Positions 14,142 to 20,000 of a DNA stretch of 20,000 bases are shown here, piece after piece (position 1 is the first letter of the stretch; each line of letters begins with the position of its first letter). The translations under genes were made by a program, and so were the position numbers. Source of the DNA: an uncultured virus (IMG/VR IMGVR_UViG_3300025121_000021) (Duplodnaviria > Heunggongvirae > Uroviricota > Caudoviricetes); IMG/VR virus record IMGVR_UViG_3300025121_000021; one strand, 5' to 3'. The notes under the pieces were generated by a model that made no database searches, was not told the DNA's origin, and saw only the letters and a program-made list of their open reading frames with translations.

Positions 14142-16391
14142 ATGGAAAAATATTTAGAGCTTTTTGATAGGGTGCTTTTAAAACCTATCTCTAATTTAGA
14201 ACCGCATAAACGATTCTTCTTTGAAACTAAAGATGCCACCTCTGAAACCGGCCACTCATTGATCGTTGAAATGGCAGCTACGTTTGCCGGGGTGGTAACT
14301 TGGCATAATGCTTTATATCTGCCAAGTAGAATGCGCAATTCTGTTTATACAATGCTCCCTAATGCAAAAAGAGATTATTGTATTCCTATCCTAGTTGGAC
14401 ATGACGATTCTAAAGATCCAATTGGAAGAATCATATCTGCTGAATATATAGATACGACTAAAGGGTTAGGTATTACAGATTCAGTTATAGAAGCAATTAA
14501 TTATGGATCTCTCAGTGGAAAATCCTTACAAAAAGCCGTTAATCATTTTAGTAAAAATTATCTGACACAAGACAATTGGCGTGGAATGGGCTTTATTTTA
14601 GTCAAAGCCAAGATCACCGATCCCGATGCCATCCGAAAAATACTAGATGAACGTTATTTGCCAGTCTCTTCTTCACAAAGGACTAACCAAGCTATTTGTT
14701 CTATTTGCTTTCAAGATTGGTTGGACGAAGACGGAATTTGTGAACACAAGCCCGGATCGGTTTATGATGGTAAAAAAGCCTTCTTAATTGCTGGTGATTT
14801 TTTCTACAATGAAATATCTTGCGTAAATCAAGGAGCCAATCCATTCGCTAAAATTATTGGCGTCTCTAAAGATGAAATGCTGGTTGATTCTGTTAAAGAA
14901 ACACCAATGCTTGAATATTCCTTTAAAGCTTTCCGCCAAAAAGGTAGTGATTTATTAGAATTGAATGATAGTCTTATATTAGGAGATAAACAGGAGGATT
15001 TGATGAACTTACAAGACAAAGTGCGCTCTCTCTATATAACCTTATACGGAGAAGATTATTCTTCTATCTCTGCTAATATAGAGAAGCCCGAAGATAAAGA
15101 TCCGGGTGCAATATTGCAGGCTTTAATTAAGTTATTAGAAGTTGAAATGTCATCGATGGAAGAAAAAGATTTCTTAAAACTTCCTGAAGATAAGATGACT
15201 GAATTACTGAAGACAACCGTAGAAAAAATGACAACTCCTAAAGCTGAAGTAAAAGATGAAACTCCTAAGCTTTTAGTTGATGGAGAAAATGCCACCCAAA
15301 TTATAGAGGATGTTTTAGCTGAATTTTATCCCACCAAAGACGAAGAAAAAGAATGTAAAGAATATTTAAATGCCCTTCCTCAAAAAGATGGAGTCGAAAT
15401 TGCAGATCTTATTCTTACTTCGATAGAAGACTTTTTTATAAAGAAATATGGCGAAACTGATATTATGGACTTGACAGATCCAGAAAAAGGTTGGGATGTC
15501 TTTAAAAAAGAACTGATTCAGGCAGGATTATTCGATAGTTTAAAAGACAAGGATCTATATTCTGAAGACGCAAAGTTATCAGCCGAACAACGTAAGAAGT
15601 TGAATTCAAAGAGCTTCTGTGGTCCCAATAGAAGTTTCCCATGCTCTGACTGTCAGCATATCGTTGCGGCCAGACGTCTAATTGGGAGATATAAAGGTCC
15701 TGGCTCTAAAGAAGCAATTTTAGCCTGTGTTAATAGAAAAGCCAAACAAATGGGTTGTGATAAGAGTGAAGATAAGGTTATAATTCCGAAAGAAGAAACC
15801 AAACAGGATACTATGCCAATTTTAACCCAGGAACAGAAAATGATTCTGATTGACTCCCTCAAGACCGAAGGTTTAATTAAAGCAAATGAACCCTGTCAGG
15901 AATGTTTAACTTTACAACAACATATAAAAGTGTTAAATTATTTACATGATAGCCTCGGAATGGAACTAGAAGAATTAAACAAAGAAAACAAGACCCTCCT
16001 TGTTGATTCGTTAATTCAACTAAAGGCTATTGCAGAAGGTCCTGAATCGGTAAAAGATCAGGTGGAACTTATGAAAACTTTTGAAGAACGTACAATGGAA
16101 TCCTTAAAAGACAGTATTAACGATTTGAGAAAAAAGGTTTCTGTTAATGAAATTCAGAAAAAGCTGAACCAAGAAACTCCTCCTGAAATTAAACCCGAAG
16201 ATTCTCCTATTAAAGATACTGTTCCCTCAGTACCTAAAGTAGAAGATAAACAGGAAATAAAAGACGACGGTGATAGTGAAGCACAGGAAGCGTTAAAGAA
16301 ATATAAGCGCTTACAGAAGACCAATTCTATCAAAGCAGATAGGTTCCATCAGCTAATGGTAGAAAAGGGTATTTTTAAATCAAAAAACTAA
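14142..16391 (+). CDS. Prohead protease fused to scaffold-like region
   Basis: PILVGHD..DPIGRI (His), 'KILDERYLPVSSS' (Ser), a CSIC...CEH insertion and EISCVNQGANPFAKI, all typical of herpes/HK97-type prohead proteases. A long acidic coiled-coil C-terminus follows. Confidence 0.85.
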   Translation: MEKYLELFDRVLLKPISNLEPHKRFFFETKDATSETGHSLIVEMAATFAGVVTWHNALYLPSRMRNSVYTMLPNAKRDYCIPILVGHDDSKDPIGRIISAEYIDTTKGLGITDSVIEAINYGSLSGKSLQKAVNHFSKNYLTQDNWRGMGFILVKAKITDPDAIRKILDERYLPVSSSQRTNQAICSICFQDWLDEDGICEHKPGSVYDGKKAFLIAGDFFYNEISCVNQGANPFAKIIGVSKDEMLVDSVKETPMLEYSFKAFRQKGSDLLELNDSLILGDKQEDLMNLQDKVRSLYITLYGEDYSSISANIEKPEDKDPGAILQALIKLLEVEMSSMEEKDFLKLPEDKMTELLKTTVEKMTTPKAEVKDETPKLLVDGENATQIIEDVLAEFYPTKDEEKECKEYLNALPQKDGVEIADLILTSIEDFFIKKYGETDIMDLTDPEKGWDVFKKELIQAGLFDSLKDKDLYSEDAKLSAEQRKKLNSKSFCGPNRSFPCSDCQHIVAARRLIGRYKGPGSKEAILACVNRKAKQMGCDKSEDKVIIPKEETKQDTMPILTQEQKMILIDSLKTEGLIKANEPCQECLTLQQHIKVLNYLHDSLGMELEELNKENKTLLVDSLIQLKAIAEGPESVKDQVELMKTFEERTMESLKDSINDLRKKVSVNEIQKKLNQETPPEIKPEDSPIKDTVPSVPKVEDKQEIKDDGDSEAQEALKKYKRLQKTNSIKADRFHQLMVEKGIFKSKN
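15003..16391 (+). CDS. Putative nested in-frame scaffold protein (462 aa)
   Basis: AGGAGG at 14992-14997, 5 nt before an in-frame ATG (Met288) placed just after the protease domain. Confidence 0.6.
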   Translation: MNLQDKVRSLYITLYGEDYSSISANIEKPEDKDPGAILQALIKLLEVEMSSMEEKDFLKLPEDKMTELLKTTVEKMTTPKAEVKDETPKLLVDGENATQIIEDVLAEFYPTKDEEKECKEYLNALPQKDGVEIADLILTSIEDFFIKKYGETDIMDLTDPEKGWDVFKKELIQAGLFDSLKDKDLYSEDAKLSAEQRKKLNSKSFCGPNRSFPCSDCQHIVAARRLIGRYKGPGSKEAILACVNRKAKQMGCDKSEDKVIIPKEETKQDTMPILTQEQKMILIDSLKTEGLIKANEPCQECLTLQQHIKVLNYLHDSLGMELEELNKENKTLLVDSLIQLKAIAEGPESVKDQVELMKTFEERTMESLKDSINDLRKKVSVNEIQKKLNQETPPEIKPEDSPIKDTVPSVPKVEDKQEIKDDGDSEAQEALKKYKRLQKTNSIKADRFHQLMVEKGIFKSKN

Positions 16392-16404
16392 TAGGAGTTA
16401 ACTA

Positions 16405-17910
16405 ATGACTATTCAACGCCAATATTCTGGCATGATTAATAGTGCCAATGGTTATAATACCTATTCAGCTCGCTTTAAAGGGTGGAGAGAAACTACTCCT
16501 ATCACTCCTAATATTGAGTTGAATGAAGGTATTCGTCCAGATTCTTTCGTGCCCGCTCCTTACCTTAAAGTCGTTCGTTATGACGACTATACTAGGAGTT
16601 GGGTTGTAATTGGAGCCGGTAAACCGGTTTGTACAGATTCTAACAGTTTCTTAGTTCCCGCAGGTCTTCGTCGTCAAGCTCAAATGCTTTTAGATATGAG
16701 TATTGCTGGCTTGACTTTCAGCGGTGGCGCTCTCACTGGTAATACTCTCGATTTCTCGGTTGATTATGCGGGCGCAACTCTAGACCGTTATGGTGCTGAT
16801 GATACTACTACTGGAATGTTAAACTCTCGTGGGGTTGTCGTTACTACCAATGAACCGGTCATTTATTCATTGTTTACTGCAGCTGCTTACTCGGCAACAC
16901 CATTAGACATTCATGCTATTGCTAATCCGTTCTCTTCGTGCCTTGGTATCGTACCTTACGATGTTAAGCAAGCCGCAGGTAGGACTAGCTCATATAATTC
17001 TTACAATCCTGCTACTTATCAATACCATAACTTAATTGAGCAAACTGCTGCTGTAGTTCTCTGTGATTACGTGATTCAACTTCCAGTTGAACCTTATAAC
17101 CGTGCTCAGGCTTCATTCTGTGCATTACCCGCAGCTACTAGTGATGCTGATGTCACTTTAGATATTAGTGCTATTGGTGCTGTAGATGTCTCTATCAGCG
17201 GTTCTTTGACTGGTTATACTACTACTATTCAGTCTAGTTTTGTTGTCACCAAGAACGGAGTCCGTTTACAAGATAAGGGGTCTGCTTTAGTCGCCGGAGA
17301 CGAAGATATTTATTACTATTGGACTGACGCTTCTCCTGACAAAGTTTTCTTCCTCGGAAACGCTGCTGATACCTTCTTGGTCGATTTCATTTATCAAGTA
17401 AGTGCTACCTATAGTCAACCATATGCTGGCCTTACTACTTTCCGTGGGACTCCTACTGTCGGTGGAATGGTCACTTATGATACTACTGGCAACTTTATTA
17501 TGGATCCAGATTGGAGTTTTACAGCCGCCACTGATCTCGTATATGACGGTCATCATGGTTTTGTCACGGCAACAAGTGCATTAGATGCCGGTATAGTAAG
17601 TGGAGCTTCTTTAGAAGAGTCTCTTGGAGCTGACTTTGTTCTGTTTGGAAATAGACTCAAAGCTAAATCAGCGGAAGTTTTAGGTCAGATTCTTCGCTAT
17701 GACGTAGACTTCCCCAAAGATTATCTTGATCGTGTTCGTACCGCTTTCGATCCTAATGTTAATGGTGTCGTAATTGATCCGTCAACTGGGGCCGAACGTA
17801 CTGTTGATCGTATGCCCGGTAGTGCAACTGGTGGTCTACCTGCTAACGTGTATTTAGCTGGTGGCGATGCCGATACCGGAGTCGTTCATATTAACCTCAT
17901 AACCCGCTAA
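16405..17910 (+). CDS. Virion structural protein, probable capsid decoration/cement
   Basis: Lies between the protease and MCP, with an AGGAG RBS. Rich in Gly/Ala/Thr/Ser/Val and poor in Lys, with a beta-rich pattern. Confidence 0.6.
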   Translation: MTIQRQYSGMINSANGYNTYSARFKGWRETTPITPNIELNEGIRPDSFVPAPYLKVVRYDDYTRSWVVIGAGKPVCTDSNSFLVPAGLRRQAQMLLDMSIAGLTFSGGALTGNTLDFSVDYAGATLDRYGADDTTTGMLNSRGVVVTTNEPVIYSLFTAAAYSATPLDIHAIANPFSSCLGIVPYDVKQAAGRTSSYNSYNPATYQYHNLIEQTAAVVLCDYVIQLPVEPYNRAQASFCALPAATSDADVTLDISAIGAVDVSISGSLTGYTTTIQSSFVVTKNGVRLQDKGSALVAGDEDIYYYWTDASPDKVFFLGNAADTFLVDFIYQVSATYSQPYAGLTTFRGTPTVGGMVTYDTTGNFIMDPDWSFTAATDLVYDGHHGFVTATSALDAGIVSGASLEESLGADFVLFGNRLKAKSAEVLGQILRYDVDFPKDYLDRVRTAFDPNVNGVVIDPSTGAERTVDRMPGSATGGLPANVYLAGGDADTGVVHINLITR

Positions 17911-17922
17911 TAGGAGGAGTAA

Positions 17923-19269
17923 ATGGATAAGAGTTTTAAAGTAACTATTAGCGACAAAGTAGCCGTATATTCTGATGACAAAGTTCTACAGAATTTAGCG
18001 CGCAAAGAAACCAAAGGCGAAAACGGTAAATTAGTTGCTAAAGATGCTAACAAAGTTTATGAAGATCGCGTTGAATGGTGTTCACACCTATTCAGGAATG
18101 ATGGTCTTTCTCCCGAAGGGGAATATGTTCCTATCACCGACGCTTTAAATGCTCAAGATGCTTCAATCGTTTTCCCGAAAACTATTGTAAATCTTGCTCG
18201 TGAAGCTCAGGAACCCCTTTTAATTGGTACTGCTCTTCTTGACCGTATCCAATGGAAACCAGGTATGCAGGTATTTTTACCTAATGCTATTGGTGCTCTT
18301 GGCGGCGTAAAGAGAATGGCAGACATGGAAGAATATCCAGAAGTCAGCCTCCAGATGGGTGGCGGAACTGTATTTGATAGTATTGGGAAATTCGGCTTAG
18401 CTGTTAAATTCTCCGATGAAATGCTTCGTTATTCGCAGTACGATATTATTGCTATGCATATCCGTGCTGTGGGTCGTGCCTTCGCTCGCGCGAAAGAATC
18501 AAATATTTTTGCCATGATTTCGAGTCTGGGTGAAACGGTATTCGATAATGCCACTCCAGCTAGTTCAGTATTTGGTATCACTACTGGCCGTGGCCTTACT
18601 GGCTCAGCCAATGGTTCTTTAACTGTTGATGACTTATTTGACGCTTATACTCATTTAGTCAGCAAAGGTTATAGTCCCGATACTTTACTTATGCATCCTC
18701 TTACTTGGAACATGTTTATGCGTGATCCTATTATGCGTATGATGATGCTAAATTCAGGTGGCGGAACTTATTTCGCTACTTATAATGGTTCCTTCTCAAA
18801 TACTAATCCTTGGGGCAGCCAACCTGCTAATGGTATTGGTATGGGTCGCGGAACTATGATTAATCCTAATTATAGTGAAGTCGAGAATTACAGTCAGAAC
18901 CTAACCAGTGCTCCTGTTCTTCCTTCTTACTTCCCGTTCCCGTTGCGCATTGTTGTTTCTCCGTTTGTAACTCATGATCCTATCCGTGATCTCACTGAGA
19001 TTTATCTCTTTGAGTCAGGAGAATTAGGTGTCATTCTTCAAGACGAAGAACTCACTAGCCAACAGTGGGAAGATCCTGCTCGTGATATTCAAAAGATTAA
19101 ATTCCGTGAAAGATATAATCTTATGATTAAAAATGAGGGTCAGGCTGTCGCTACTTTTGCCAACATCAAAGTTATTGCTAACCAGGTAGTTCTACCTGCT
19201 CAGGCTCAGATTGAAGTTGGTTCGGGTGCTTCAATTGACGAACTTGATCTCCGTACTGCTGTGGTATAA
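17923..19269 (+). CDS. Major capsid protein (HK97 fold)
   Basis: AGGAGG RBS. E-loop/backbone helix pattern 'EEYPE...KFGLAVKFSDEMLRYSQYDIIAMHIRAVGRAFARAKE', plus 'PDTLLMHP', 'IVVSPFV' and 'IKFRERY'. Followed by a terminator. Confidence 0.92.
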   Translation: MDKSFKVTISDKVAVYSDDKVLQNLARKETKGENGKLVAKDANKVYEDRVEWCSHLFRNDGLSPEGEYVPITDALNAQDASIVFPKTIVNLAREAQEPLLIGTALLDRIQWKPGMQVFLPNAIGALGGVKRMADMEEYPEVSLQMGGGTVFDSIGKFGLAVKFSDEMLRYSQYDIIAMHIRAVGRAFARAKESNIFAMISSLGETVFDNATPASSVFGITTGRGLTGSANGSLTVDDLFDAYTHLVSKGYSPDTLLMHPLTWNMFMRDPIMRMMMLNSGGGTYFATYNGSFSNTNPWGSQPANGIGMGRGTMINPNYSEVENYSQNLTSAPVLPSYFPFPLRIVVSPFVTHDPIRDLTEIYLFESGELGVILQDEELTSQQWEDPARDIQKIKFRERYNLMIKNEGQAVATFANIKVIANQVVLPAQAQIEVGSGASIDELDLRTAVV

Positions 19270-19294
19270 TACCCCTAGGTAAGTGACTCTAGAT

Positions 19295-19330
19295 GGGGAG
19301 GGGGGACTTGCTTCCTCCTCCCCTTTTTTT
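19295..19330 (+). terminator. Rho-independent terminator after MCP
   Basis: GGGGAGGGGGGA / TTCCTCCTCCCC 12-bp stem (2 G-U pairs), 5-nt loop, then T7. Confidence 0.9.
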
Positions 19331-19341
19331 ATGGGGGAAAA

Positions 19342-19869
19342 ATGAATCGAATTCTCATTTGTTTGAAAGAGCCTCCTTTGTGGGCTCCAAGACCAGTGTA
19401 CGATAAATCTTGGTCTGATCTAGCAAAAAAATGTTTATTAACAATGTCTAATCCGGGTCCCATTGAATTAGATTTAGATGATATTCCCGCTGAATTACTT
19501 AGACAGGTACAACAGGGTTTAAAAGAAGGTGTCTTAACCTCTGATACGGAAATCGCAAAAGTTTTAGAAAGTGATTTGCAAAAAATTAAGAAGCAAAAAC
19601 AAAATATGTTTCTTACTGCAGAGCATAAAGCAAAAGCAGAAGAATTAATAAATAATTCATTAGGTAAATTAAAGAGGCTTATCCGAGATTTAGTAGATAA
19701 TGACGAACTTATGGTTTTGCGTTGCATGTTAGATCTTGAACGTAAAAATCGCGCGCGCAAGACTGTCGTTTCCTTACTTATGAAAGCAATTAAAGATTCT
19801 ATATCTTTTATAGAAATAAATGATAATACCGGTACTTATATGTTGAGTCAAACAATAGATTTTGAATAA
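19342..19869 (+). CDS. Hypothetical protein downstream of MCP
   Basis: 175 aa with a GGGGG RBS. The C-terminal 'LERKNRARKTVVSLL' helix-hairpin pattern is one I recall from small phage head-associated proteins. Confidence 0.7.
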   Translation: MNRILICLKEPPLWAPRPVYDKSWSDLAKKCLLTMSNPGPIELDLDDIPAELLRQVQQGLKEGVLTSDTEIAKVLESDLQKIKKQKQNMFLTAEHKAKAEELINNSLGKLKRLIRDLVDNDELMVLRCMLDLERKNRARKTVVSLLMKAIKDSISFIEINDNTGTYMLSQTIDFE

Positions 19870-19877
19870 GGAATATT

Positions 19878-20000
19878 ATGGCAGATATTACACCAGTCGT
19901 TAGTCCTCCAAATATACCAGACATAGGGTCTACTGGAGTTGCAACCCTTCCGACCATTACAGCAATATTTGAAACATATTGTATGGACGAAGCTTCTATC
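19878..20000 (+). CDS. Partial ORF, possible Ig-like (SbsA/Big_5-type) virion protein
   Basis: AAGGA RBS and ATG at 19878, open to the window edge. Product MADITPVVSPPNIPDIGSTGVATLPTITAIFETYCMDEASI fits P-x-x-G-x-T-G-V...I-x-x-x-F...MD-x-x-S. Confidence 0.55.
   Translation, partial: MADITPVVSPPNIPDIGSTGVATLPTITAIFETYCMDEASI

Noticed and set aside
1083..19760. Short antisense or alternate-frame ORFs (e.g. 1083-1316, 14057-14338, 17287-17556, 19329-19760)
   Set aside because: They are nested in or opposite well-supported genes, with no motifs or expression signals.
1032..19869. Stop-codon reassignment (no called gene ends in TAG)
   Set aside because: Genes tile densely under the standard code with no TAG-interrupted frames. 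TAG avoidance alone is common in AT-rich genomes.

Overview
This window looks like part of a large tailed-phage (Caudoviricetes) genome. From about 1,030 to the end, an AT-rich, tightly packed + strand gene run encodes several accessory genes (an NDT-like enzyme, an XRE HTH regulator, hypotheticals), then a candidate small terminase, a PD-(D/E)XK nuclease, two Gly-rich proteins and the large terminase. These are followed by four unknown genes, a portal fused to a MuF-like domain, a prohead protease/scaffold, a probable decoration protein, the major capsid protein and a terminator. The first ~750 bp are very different: GC-rich, with a divergent - strand gene that the ORF track missed (a rearranged HU/IHF-like protein) and ~380 bp of back-to-back hairpins. 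This abuts an AT-rich block of ~54-bp-period repeats and a sigma70 promoter. The most interesting leads are this HU-like gene/hairpin array/phased repeat locus (candidate structured ncRNA or packaging/terminus site), a nested in-frame scaffold start in the protease gene, a putative Asp-specific head maturation signature, and a Cys-free nuclease plus glycine-zipper cassette between TerS and TerL. All family calls come from motif recognition by eye, not database searches.
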